This document shows, piece after piece, positions 37,852-49,408 of a stretch of 64,000 bases of DNA (its first letter is position 1; each line of letters opens with the position of its first letter). Under the pieces are notes generated by a model, which did no database searches, was not told the DNA's origin, and saw nothing but the letters and a program-made list of their open reading frames with translations. The DNA lies in NCBI GenBank assembly GCA_013265495.1, contig MU057987.1, positions 124,001-188,000 of the forward strand, read 5' to 3'. Made by a program: the position numbers and the translations under genes. The stretch comes from Vicugna vicugna. Lineage: Eukaryota.

Positions 37852-39499
37852 AGCTTCTGATCATAGCATCAGAAAGTTCATGCATCAACCTGAACTTTAA
37901 TATAAAGTGATTAGGATACAGGGAGAGATGTACAGGTGGAAGGTATTAAAGGCAATATTTCATTTTCTATTTCTTAATTGACTGCTGCCTTTTTGGGGTT
38001 TTATGACATACTCATTATTTCTATTTCCATTTCAGAAGTGAACACCAGGACCTCCCACTGCCAATTTCTCCTGGCTTTTCCCTCCACACCTTCTCACACT
38101 TCTCACTGCACATAGAATAAACCACATGAATCTGATTCAGTGCTCATAACTGACTTTCTAATCCTTGAAGAAGACGTGCAGCTCTGACCAGAAGCTATCA
38201 AGTCGATCAATGGAAGCAATCATTAGAACAGATCTATTCAAGACTACTGAGAACAAGCTATTAAAGGCTCTTGTGACTATTTCAATGCCCAGGAACAGAT
38301 AACCACTCCACGCTTACTTTAAATTTTAATTGTTTTAACTTTAGGTATGTAATCCAGAATATTGAATATTTGGTAGACGCATAAAGTTGTGGAGGTATGA
38401 AAACATCTTAATACTCTTTAGAAGTATTTAACAGGGAGAAGCTGGACTTTGCCTGCCAATTACAGGCTTTGTAAATTGTCACGGTAACAATTAGTGCATT
38501 ACTCCATGTACAGGCCTTAATGAGGATTCGGGGATTTCTGCATTGATCTAGTATACAGTTTTAATCAGTGAAATGTATGTTAAATTTACTCTTGAAAATA
38601 AGGATAAATTTAGTTTTAATATGTAATGCAAGCATTTGCCCCATTTGCTTTCATTAGAATTATTTTGTTCTCATAAGATATAATTTATTATTACATGGTA
38701 CAGTAAGCAAATACAGTTTCTGCCTTCAAGGGCAACCATGAGGTTATAATATTTTCTCTCTAAATTATATCAATAGAGTTAACCTAGCTTAAGAATTCAG
38801 CTTGATAACGGTCAAAATGGATATAGGATTTTCATGGGTGAAAATATTCTTTTACACAATATCATTAAGTCTTTGTTAGCATTTGCAGAATATGATCATA
38901 ATTACTAAATCACATCCCATTATTATAAAAACTTTATGTATTAACACTATTCATTTATCCATTTATATTTGTATTACATATTAACACTATATCATTTATC
39001 CAACAAATATTTACTGAGTGTCTGCACTGTTCTAGGTACAAGAAATTCAATAATGAGCTAGAAGGTAGGATTCCCATTTTTCCACAGCTTACATCTCATT
39101 AAGTGAGATAAATAATACATAAATACAAAAATTGCTGTTTAACATAATTTCAGAGAATGATAAGCTCTATGAAGGAAAATAATAAAAGCTAAGTCTTTAG
39201 AGCTTAATCTGGGTGGGGAGGGTTTTATTTGTCATTTTTTTCAGTCAAGATGGGTAGGAAATGTGTCTCCAAGGAAGTGACAATTGAAAAGATCCTTGAT
39301 AAGACATGGAAAGGTTCAGGGAAATGCTGGAGAAGGACTGACCTCCGGGAAAGACTCTGAGGAGGGAATCCTGCACGTTAGAGTATTGCCAAGCAGCAAG
39401 AATGAAGTTAAGAGCAGGGTAGCATGACAGAAAAAAGAGTTCAAAGAGACAGAGACGGATTAGATCCCAAAAAATGTTTAGATAATGGAAGTGGCGGGA

Positions 39500-39989
39500 G
39501 GAAGTCAGCAAAATAAAGTCCTCCCAAGATGTCTCCAGAACCTGTGAATATGCTGCCTTAAGTGGAAAAAGGGACTTCGTAGATGTGATTAAATTAAGGA
39601 TCTTGTAGTAGGGAGATTATCCTGGATTACCTGGATTGGTCCAATCTAATCACATGAGATCTTAAAGAACTTTTCTCTATTATGGTCAGTGAAAGAGATA
39701 TGGTGACAGAAGCTAGGTCGAAATGATACTATGCTGCTGGCTTTGAAGACGAAGTAAGGGAGTCAAAAGTCAAAGGATGTGAGTGGCCTCTAAAAGCTGG
39801 AAAAGACAAGGAAACAGATTATTTTCTAGAGGCTCCAGAGAGTAATGCAGTCCTACCAGCACCTAGATCATAGCCTTGTGACACTTGTGCCAGGAGTTCT
39901 GATTTATAGAAACATAAGGTAACAAGTTTGTGTTGTTCTAAGGCACTAAGATAGCGGCAAGTTTTATAGTAGCAATATAAAATCAACAC
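39500..39989 (+). mobile_element. MaLR solo LTR, MLT1D-like
   Basis: CCAGAACCTGTGAATATG, AGATGTGATTAAATTAAGGATCTTG, GGGAGATTATCCTGGATTA, AAGCTGGAAAAGACAAGGAAACAGATT; ends CAACACA. Confidence 0.9.
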
Positions 39990-40263
39990 AAGGACTTTGA
40001 GCAGGATAGTGATACGATATGTATGACTCATGTTTTAAGAGATCTCTCTGGTAACTATGCGAAGAATATATTGTAGGAGGGGCAAGATCAAGAAGACCAG
40101 TTAGGATGCTAGGCTGAAAGCAACTCTGGTTGCCTGGATGCAGTAACCAAGATGATAACCAAGATGATGCAGATAAGAAGTGGCAATATTTGAGATAAAA
40201 TCTAGGTATAAAATCAGCATACAGGTGGTTTTCAAAGCCATGGGACCACATGAAACCGCCCTG

Positions 40264-40462
40264 CTGCACTGCCCAATATGGCAGCCACTAGCTACATGTG
40301 GCTATTGAATAAAATCAATTAAAACTAAATACAATTAAACATACAACTTCTCAGGCTCACTGGTCACATTTTGAGTTCTCAGTAGGCACATGTGGCTAAA
40401 GGCTACCATATTGAACAGCACAGAAAATGTTTCATCATCATAGAAAATTCTACTGCCCGAGG
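40264..40462. mobile_element. hAT-Charlie MITE, MER3-like
   Basis: CTGCCCAATATGGCAGCCACTAGCTACATGTGGCTATTGA ... CACATGTGGCTA..GGCTACCATATTGAACAGCACAG. Confidence 0.88.
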
Positions 40463-41323
40463 CTGATGGTAGTGAGACAAGATGAAGAAGAAAAACAAAA
40501 AGATCAAGAGCAGATTCCTAGGTTACTGTGCCGCTCAGCGTCAGGGATAGGAAAGGGAGCCAGCAAGACACTGAGGGTTGGTCAGTATTTATCTCTTCTG
40601 AGATTTAAACACATTAAAAAGCAAATTAAGATACTACACCTGCAATAGAAAACATGATTCTGTATGTGATTAAATATTGTTTCTGCATAGATTTACCTGT
40701 TGAATTAGCTAACAAGCTGAAGGCATTAGCTTTCTTTGAGAATCCATCAGCTGTTAAGTCCCTTCAAAAATGGAACCTTAGCTCTGAAGGGCAGAGTCTG
40801 GTGAGGAGAAAGGCAATGAGGAAAATGCTGGAATGGCACAAGAGTAAAGTATTTCCTCCTTGGTAATTTTGTATTGGGCCATCTTTGAAGGGTAAGAGAA
40901 GAGATGAGAAGAGGGGCAGATGAAAAAGAAAAGTAAGTTTAACTGGAGCAACAGAACCAACATATTCTTTTCTCTGACTATTCCCAGACCCACACAAAGA
41001 AGCTTAAAGTTTTCTCTTTTTACTTTTTCTACTTGTTTGATAACTGATCACTTATGTTGCTAATAAATGATCACCAACTGAGGATTTATCAAAGGTCTGC
41101 TGTTTCTCAGCTGCAGTATGCCATTCACTATGTTAGAAGCAGTTGACCTCTGATACCATGTTATTTGATGGTTTTGATGCATTCTTGTAAAGGTTAGAAA
41201 AAAGCAAGAGTCTTACAAGGAGTCAGACCTTATGTGACAGACAAATGGGATGCTGAAGCCGGAGGAGAAGTTTAAGAGTTGGAGATTCTGAGGGGGCAGG
41301 AAGTAGCGCAGGAAGGCAGGGCT

Positions 41324-41335
41324 GCCGCCATTTTG
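41324..41335. promoter_or_regulatory. YY1 consensus motif
   Basis: GCCGCCATTTTG exact match (motif only; occupancy unknown). Confidence 0.4.
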
Positions 41336-41619
41336 ATTGTTACAATATGATACATTGTATCTAGTTAGTTGTCTAACTAGTTGTCCAATAAGTTGTCTTA
41401 TTAGTTATCTAACAAGAATTTCCCAACTTGATTCAGTTCTTTGAAATTATTTTTTTCTTCTAAGGGATAATGAATAAAAATAGACTCAAGTTGAGCTTCC
41501 TTTAATTACTGCTTTGTTGACATCAAATAAAGAAAACTGAAAAAAAAAAGAATTGAATAAATTTAACTAGGAAACTTTGATAAATGAAGACAGACAAGAA
41601 TAAGCCATTATGAGCTTTC

Positions 41620-41730
41620 TTTCATTCAACACATATTTATTGAGCCCTGACTCTTTGTCAGTCCCTGTCCTTGGTGCAATGAATGTAAGACAGAGTTTTT
41701 TCCCAAGGAACTTGTATTCTAGTCTACACA
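41620..41730 (-). mobile_element. L2 3' end
   Basis: TTCATTCAACACATATTTATTGAGC. Confidence 0.75.
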
Positions 41731-42869
41731 GAAGATTCAGTGGTACAGATTCTGGGCTTTTATTTTATCCAGGGGATCTCTCCCAAGTGCATTCTTTTTG
41801 AGATCAAAATTGAACACCAAGGACTGAATACTTCATTTGTCAGGCTCTCTCAATTAGTGTATGATCATTTCTACATGACTTTTACTAACATAGTTTTGGA
41901 TTAAATCCCAGGGGTACAGATAACTCCCTGCACTTTGAACTAGTTTAACCACCATCTCTGGTAGTAAATGTGGGAAGTTCTCCTACCAAGTTTAGAGCAT
42001 AGAGGACATGGCCATGCCACTTAATTCATCACTGAATCATCAGTAATGTTCTTCTCATTCAAATTTTAGAATAAGAGATACTACATTATCCATGGATAAG
42101 AATCTGAGAGTCAAGCTTTGTGTGTCAGTAAATCCAGAAATAACATAAGTACACAGCCCAACTTTGTTCATGTTATGAAATGAGAATTTTCTTTGTCCCT
42201 CTCCACTTCTAACTAGAGATGGAGAGAATTTTCTTTCATTCTCTATGTAGATTAACCCTAGAAGATTCCCCCACCATTGTTTTTGTTATATTCTGTGGTT
42301 GTTCATTTTGAAATAAAAATTACAGTGGTGATAGAATTGAAAGGAGATGGGAAGGGTTTTGTATGTGGGATGGGATAGATGTCATAACGCCAAACATTAT
42401 GAAATAAGTAAATTATACTTCAATTTTGTGGTTCAAATTGATATCCATAATCATCCTGGAATTATGGAAAGGAAAGCTCTAGTACCAATAATTGTAACCA
42501 GCTTCTCAAATACTTCTATTAGAGAATATATATTTTAGAGAAAAGGCCAATTATCTGAGATTAGGAGAGTAATGTTCTAGCCAAATTAGTCAAAATAGCT
42601 CTAAAATATTTAGGATAATTCTCCACCTTGATTTGAGCATTCTTTTCCTTATGTTTTTAAATCTTAAATTTCTCACTATCACCAGAAGAGATCCCCAAGG
42701 AGAGGCTATACAAATTATTACCTGGTCCACACCTCAGTTAAATAAAGCTTGTAAATGCTCAAGATATACTGTATGTATTTTGAAATTAGTTTTCTTCTGC
42801 ATGTGGGCTCTGTGTGGCTTTGTTCTATTAGGGACAGCAAACTGCAAAACGTACGTAAGACTGCACCTA

Positions 42870-43664
42870 TTACCCAGAAATAACAACCGGGAAGTCCTGG
42901 CAGGGTCTGCTTCTCCAGCTGGCTTCTGTGATCTTGCTCACCAATCCAGGCAGGCTGTAGGATGTACTCCTGGCTGCCAGACATCTGTGGCCACTCTTCT
43001 AGCGGGGCGTGGCTGGAGATCATGTTCAGCAGTTAAGCCAGACTTTGAGCCTTTCTTGCCCAGTTGGGACATGGGATGGGATCCATGGCCAAAATGGCCT
43101 CTTGGCTGGGGACCCAATTAGGCAGAACTGCCAAGTGAGCTCCTTCAGCTGGGCTCTGAAGATGGAAGGAGCCCCTGGCTGGGATAGTTACTCAGGCACA
43201 GCTGCAAACAGCAATGTCCAAATCCTAACTCTGCTTGCTGTAAGCGCCTGCCCTTCTTCTTTTATTCACCTCTATCTGATCCCCAGTGGTTGAATCCAGT
43301 AGATTTCCCATTGATCTCCATGAGGCAAGCTCCAAATGGACCTCTGAGGAAGTGTCCTGTAACACTGGAGAAGCTGGATGTCCACGCTGGGCTCTTTTCC
43401 CACTAGAGAAACCATAGGTCCTGGGGTGCCCCCTTGGTGCTGCACTGTACTGGCCTAGGGGTAGGGCAATGCAGAACCACTCTGCTCACCCTTCTAATGT
43501 GGTCCTTCTCAGCCTCTGTGGTCCAAGGGTGTGCTTCAGCCTCACCCCTGGGTGCTGGCATTTTTCACAATGGTGTTTTGTCCACAAGGAGTTGCTAACT
43601 GTTTTCCTTGTGAGAGGGACTGAAGCTGAGAATGACTGGGGTCACCATCTGGATGATGGCACTC
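42870..43664 (-). mobile_element. Old L1 5'UTR fragment (L1M-type)
   Basis: GC-richer block ending GTCACCATCTGGATGATGGCACTCT, resembling the antisense L1M 5' terminus (GCCATCTTG..GACGTCACTC). Confidence 0.7.
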
Positions 43665-44261
43665 TGTCTGAGTATTAAAATTAGTATTTCAGTAAAGCCT
43701 CTAGTGGAGCACCAGCACTTAACAGACATTATTCTTAAATGTGAATTGTCTCCCTCTGGGCTCGCTGTGGAACAAATACTTCTGAAAAAGTTTCTGCTCC
43801 ACTTATTCAGAATAAGATAACATCCTATTGGTATTTTGACATATTCTAGCATGATTTCATTTTCCCCTGCTACTAATAAAGAAGTTAAAATATTATAAAT
43901 ATGAGTAGTTATGAAGCTATAATTAGTATAAAGTATAAGAAGTCTTAGAAATCTCTGGTAAGATACATCTATATTCTCTGACAAGCAAGGAGAGACGAGA
44001 AAGAAGAGCTTGGTCCTTCACTGCCTTTCCTCTTGGGTATTTTAGAAGTCACTCTTCCCTGACTCTTGTTTTCACTCCTGTATTTCACCATGATTCTCTC
44101 CCTCCTGTCAGCCTCCCTCTCCAATAAACACACAAGCAAATGCTCACCCAGTGAACAAGTGCCCACCCACACACTGAATGGAGTATGAGTAAGTGAAAGA
44201 AAACAGGTTCATAGCAAGGACATTCAACTGGACCTAAGCAAATCTTTGTTCTAGTCAAGTT

Positions 44262-44401
44262 CATTGAATGCAAGCAACAGATTTAGCTTCAATAAAAAAG
44301 TGACCCAGAGAGCATCTTGCAGTGCCACTGAATGCAAGCAACAGATCCTACTAAATTTAGCTTCAATAAAAAAGTGACCCAGAGAGCATCTTGCAGTGCC
44401 A
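44262..44401. repeat. Near-perfect tandem duplication (64/74 bp)
   Basis: TGAATGCAAGCAACAG[ATCCTACTAA]ATTTAGCTTCAATAAAAAAGTGACCCAGAGAGCATCTTGCAGTGCCA present twice. Confidence 0.97.
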
Positions 44402-45330
44402 GAAAGGAAGGAAATGCTTAAAAACATGAAACCCAAAACTCCAGAAATGACAAAGGGACACAAGAGCCAAATGGAAAGCTCCCACTAGCCAAAGAAAAAC
44501 ATTTCAGCAATAAAATATGTAGCAGAGTATTGGATTATAACCTAAAGTATAAAATAAGTATTCATGACTCTCCAATGATTGAATAAACACTTGGGAGAGA
44601 ACAGCCAAGTCTCCCACGCAGAAGAATGTCAATTTAAGCAGACTCTGTACTCAAGGAGGGAGAGTGTAACTCCCCACTCCTCAGACGCGGGTTGTGCAGA
44701 GTGACTTCCTACTGAAGGACACAGCAGGACAAGAGCAGAAGCAGAGTGACTTCAGGCAGAGAAACCGCCAAACACGACCTCACCCAGGTGATCAAGGCCA
44801 GCATCATCAGTGATGAGTCATGTTGACAGCAGGCACCTGTGACACGATGTGATGAGACTGGCAGTTTACCTCTATGGTTCCCTTCTCAGAAACACATGAC
44901 TCTAGTGTAATCATGAAAAAAAAAAATCAGACAAATCCCTCTTAGGACACATTCTACCAAGTCTCTGACCAGTAGTCCTCAAAACTGTGAAGGTCACCCA
45001 AAGCAAGGAAAATCTTAGAAGCTGTCACACACCAAGTGCAGCCTACGGAGCCATGATGACCTAACAGAATAGAGTGTCCTAGGTGGGATCCCAGAACAGA
45101 AAAAAAGACATTAGGTGAAAAACTTCAGGAAATCTGAAAAGTATGGACTTCAGTAAATACTAGTGTCAATATTGACTCATTAATTTTAGCAAACGTACCA
45201 CGCTAATGTAAGATGTTAATAACAGGAAAAACTGGGTGTAGGATTTGTAGGAACCCTGTGTACTACCTTGGCAGTGTTTCTGTACATCCAAAACTGTTTT
45301 TTAAAAAATAAAGTTTATTTTTAAAAAAAG
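44375..45330 (+). mobile_element. L1MC/MD-type 3'UTR
   Basis: GAGCATCTTGCAGTGCCAGAAAG, GTATTGGATTATAACCTAAAGTATAAAATAA, AATGTAAGATGTTAATAACAGGAAAAACTGGGTG; ends AAATAAAGTTTATTTTTAAAAAAA. Confidence 0.9.
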
Positions 45331-45905
45331 AAGCATAGAGGGGGTGAAGTCGAGCTGGCTACTGAAAGCGAAAGGGAACTTCTTGGAATCAGAGGTGGAG
45401 CCCATTGAAAACCAGAGCTGGGGACCTGAGAGCAACAAGGAGCGAGGTCGCCTCTGCTGACTGTCAGTGGTGCCAGGTCTCTCATCTGTGCTTCCTTCTG
45501 CATATTGGGTTCTCTTTTGCAACCTGCTCAATCTAACAATGAATGAACTAGGCACATGGTCCACATACCATCCCTGGTCTCTCTGTCACCGCATCAGCTT
45601 CAGCAAGCATCTCAGCCACTTTAATTCAAATTCCCTTCCTCAGATTAGATACAGAATCTCATTAGCTGCCAGGCAGCCAGGGGTTTGAATGTCCTTCAAA
45701 CACATACAGAATCTTAGCCCAAATAGTTATGGTAGCAGAAGAGAGTGAAGGGCCACGAGGTGGCCTCTTCCAGGGTCTCAGAGAGAATATTCTTTAAATA
45801 AAGTTGATGGGGACCGGGGAGGATAATGGAATAAGTTTATACAAAAGCATCATGTAAATGTATTTATGCTATAAATTAGAAAGCATAATATAAATACAAA
45901 GAAAT

Positions 45906-46413
45906 TGTTGCCAGTATATATTATCACAGTACAGCTCTGCACCGAACACAAACTCTTGGTGTCATCAGACAGTAAACATGGACTTAACTCATGCGTCTGC
46001 AGTGTTCAGAGGATGTGGGCTAGGCTCGGCAGGGCTGGTCATGCATCTGTGGTCCTCTGAGGCTTACTGCCACAGTAATGACGTCTGGTGGTCGGCTGCC
46101 TGTCAGCTGGGACAGTAGGAACACACGTCTCTCCTCCTCCTCCAGCAGGCTAGCCTAGACAAGTTCTCAGACAAAGTCAGAGGGGCAAAGAGGAGATGGA
46201 AATGGCAGGCAATGGCCCAAGCCTCTGCCTGCATCACAGCGGTGACTATGCAGTGGCCAAGTCAAATTGCGTGGTCCAACTCCGAATCAAGGATGAGGGA
46301 AATACACTCCCTGAACGCAGAAGGCCGCTAAGTCACAAAGCAGGGCGTGCGGGTATGGGGGTGGGGCTGAGGCTCTGAAGAACTGGGATCATTAACACAA
46401 TCAATATGCCACA
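45906..46413 (-). mobile_element. MaLR solo LTR (MLT1F-H class)
   Basis: CTCATGCGTCTGCAG, TCCAGCAGGCTAGCCTAG, GGCCAAGTCAAATTGCGTGG; ends CAATCAATATGCCACA. Confidence 0.8.
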
Positions 46414-47619
46414 CAAAAGAAATATCAGAGTAATCAGATGGTGGGATTAATTTGAGAAGCCCACCCAGAGGAAAGGATTTTGAATAAGTGTTTAAGCCAA
46501 ATTATAGGAGAGCATATATAGATGTCTTCATCATTTGGTCTGATTTAAAAGTACTTCTACTTTTGCTATTATGATTAAAGGGATCAAAAGAGGACAGGAT
46601 GTAGCAGCTTCTATGTCCTGGAGTGAAATTATGATTCAGTTATTAACTCTGCTGCTCAGAAGCCCACAAGAAGTAACGCCGCGTCCTTCGATTTGGCCTC
46701 ATCTATCGTGACAAGGCTCCGGGGAGCTGATGGGCATGAAATTCATTTCATGTCTCTTTCACAGAATGCCTGAGTTTTCCAAATACCTTTATGATGTTTC
46801 AGGTTTCAGTTACCTAGTATGTGATCTCACAAACTCACAGTCTTCAAAAGAAGGAACATTAACTTCTCCTCAAAAGCCTGAAGTTCTTTGTTACCAGAAA
46901 CCCAGGAAGTATCATTCCGGGAGAAACATACAGGTGCACATAGGTCACTTTTGATAAAATGTCATGTGTTCTAAGGGCAATGGAAATACGTATCTTACGC
47001 AAACTCAAAACTGAATAGATGGCCCAGGTTTAGATAAAATAGATTCAAACCGTCCTTATGTATAAATACAGTAACAAATAGATCATATTCTTCCCGTATC
47101 TCCGGTTTCTCAAAATACTTCGTATAAATAAGAAAAATGGCATTGTGACCAAGGCAGCAAACAGATAAATAAGTGTGCAAATAAGTACAATAACATTTAT
47201 AGAATCTCCCAGTAAAAATAAAATTACCCCTTTCTTCCATTAAATGAGAAGAAATAAGAATACACAAAAGATGGGCAAATGTTTAACTGCCATTAATTCC
47301 CTTGTGTATTTCCAGTGCTGTAATTTATCAAGTTTACTTCTTTCTATGCGTACCACAAGTCACAGTAATTAAACCCGAGTTTTTCTGTTTGTTTCACTTC
47401 CAACAATCCGTTGAGAATAGTGGTAATGTGGGGAACTCTTGGCTTTCTCCTCACGCCCTGACAGACATCACAGTTTGGTTTGAAAGCTCTTTTTAACAGA
47501 GGCTGGACCAGGTCTCTAAATCCACCTTAACTCATTCTGTTGGTTAACTCCATCATGAGAGCAGAAGTTAACAACGTGAGGAAACCAGTTAGCCCTTCCC
47601 GACCCATCCACACTTCCTC

Positions 47620-48005
47620 CCTCTCTGCACCCGTGGCTAATACAGCCGATTTCCACTCATCCCTCCAATTTCAGCTCGCTTACCATCTCTCCCAGGGGTC
47701 TTCCTCAACTGATCATTCTCATCCTGCTACATCACCTCTGTGTTCTCATAAAACCCTGGGCAGAACTCAATGAAAGAGCTATGTGTACTGTGTCATCGTC
47801 CATATTTAGTTCTCTACCCCACTCAGTGGTCTATGAAAGAGACATAAGTAAACTAAGAAGAGAGAACAGCTAAATGTGATTGTGATTTGTCTGCGGACGG
47901 CACCGCCTTCTCACAGCACAGCACACAGAACGTGGTGCTGACAATTTTGGAGAATGTGTTCCAGCTTGCAGAGTGAGTGAGTGAGTGATTTAAAAGTGAA
48001 TGAAT
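47620..48005 (+). mobile_element. L2 3' fragments
   Basis: CTCATCCCTCCAATTTCAGCTC...GAGTGAGTGAGTGAGTGA...GTGAATGAAT. Confidence 0.55.
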
Positions 48006-49385
48006 TTGGAAAGGAAAGGGCCACGTTTGCATGTTTCCTTTTATCCATGCTCCTCACCCAGAAAGTTACCAAACGTTGGTGACATTTTTCAGAGTTTATT
48101 TATAGCAAAAATAGTCCCACTTAATAAAAAAAAAATCAGTCTTATATAACATGTCTCTAAAGTTCTTGGGCAGGGGTGAGGGGGTGGGGAAGCAGCAAGG
48201 TGATGACAGAAGAGGTTTTATTTTTGGCTCCATTGAAGGCGCTGAGGATAGAAGTTTATTTATTCAGGCAGCTCGGCGGCACTAGGAGAGCCGTGAGGCT
48301 TGGAAGCTTTGGGAGATCACAGCTTACCTGCTATCAGGCTACCTAAAATTTCGGAGCCTCAGCACCTGTCCTTGTAAACTAAAGACAACAGGAGCGACCT
48401 TCTTAGGTGACTCTGAGGGGCGGTCGTGACAAGCCAGCCAGATCACTGCATGCCTCTTAACCTGGGGGCCACCCTGATGATACTGACAGAACCCCTGTAG
48501 CTACCGGAGGCCCCAGAATACAGCTGGTATATCTTTCAGCATTATTTTATTCAAAGAGACGGGAGACATATTAATTTTGTATTGAAATAAACATCTATAT
48601 TACATGGACACAATGCAAAATGCTCATGAATATTTATGAGAAATCACAGGGCTTCAGAGAAATTTCATGCTTGGCTCAGGGAGCAACAGCTGATACTCTG
48701 AATTACCCAAGGAGTCACCCTGACTTTTCTCTACTGCTGAGTTAGGAACGCTGGAAAACCCCTGATTGGGCTAAAAGATTTCAAACACCTTCAAACACCA
48801 TATAACTGGAAGATACTTGCAGTTTTAAATTTTAAAATTATTTATTTACAATTTGTCCTTAGAAATGAGTCCTGAGACTGGGTATTGCTTAGAGAGCCAA
48901 ACCCACTAGTAGCTAAAGTGTCTTATTTTATAGCCACGTATGGAATTCTTCAAGTTTATTTACATAATTATATCCCCAAGCACCTAATTAATTTATTTTT
49001 GCCATTCATGAACGCAAAGTGCATCTCTTCTTGGCAGAGCCCTATAAGTAAACAATGAGAAGGGGAAGGAATGTGAGACTTTCTGCTCAGGCAGACTCTT
49101 AACATGCAAAATAGTGATGGCAACGCAGCTGGCAGAAAAAATAAATTGCAACTCAGCCAGTGTGGAGGAATTTTCAAATACAGCATGCACAGGATGTTAG
49201 TCTATGTTAGCTCTTAGAATCTTAAGAAGAAATTCCATGTAGGTGTTCTTCAAGAACTAGAAATTGCCGCCACTGCTGGATTTCATAGAGCCGGCCGGCT
49301 CCTCTGATACGTGATCACATCAATATGGCTGCTTCGAAGACAGCAATTTGCTTTCACCTGCTCACACACACATGAATTCCCCCCC

Positions 49386-49408
49386 AACACACACACACGC
49401 ACACACAC
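49386..49408. repeat. (CA)n microsatellite
   Basis: Directly visible. Confidence 0.9.

Larger units (their letters stand above)
38990..40580 (-). mobile_element. L2, interrupted by MLT1D and MER3
   Basis: TCATTTATCCAACAAATATTTACTGAGTGTCT tail; body resumes after each insert (GACTTTGAGCAGGATAGTGA...). Confidence 0.85.
44247..45820 (-). mobile_element. Old MaLR LTR (MLT1M/N class) split by an L1
   Basis: TGTTCTAGTCAAGTTC..GAATGCAAGCAACAGA resembles the antisense MLT1 start; LTR-like sequence resumes at ~45330. Confidence 0.5.

Noticed and set aside
42633..43121. 162-aa ORF (plus strand)
   Set aside because: Non-ATG start, runs into a GC-rich L1 5'UTR fragment, no recognisable homology
44262..44401. 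CRISPR-like direct repeats (also 41361-41416 and 4348-4412)
   Set aside because: Mammalian DNA, no unique spacers, no cas genes; these are ordinary duplications
47894..47941. REST/RE1-like half sites
   Set aside because: Wrong spacing and orientation, and within degraded L2 sequence
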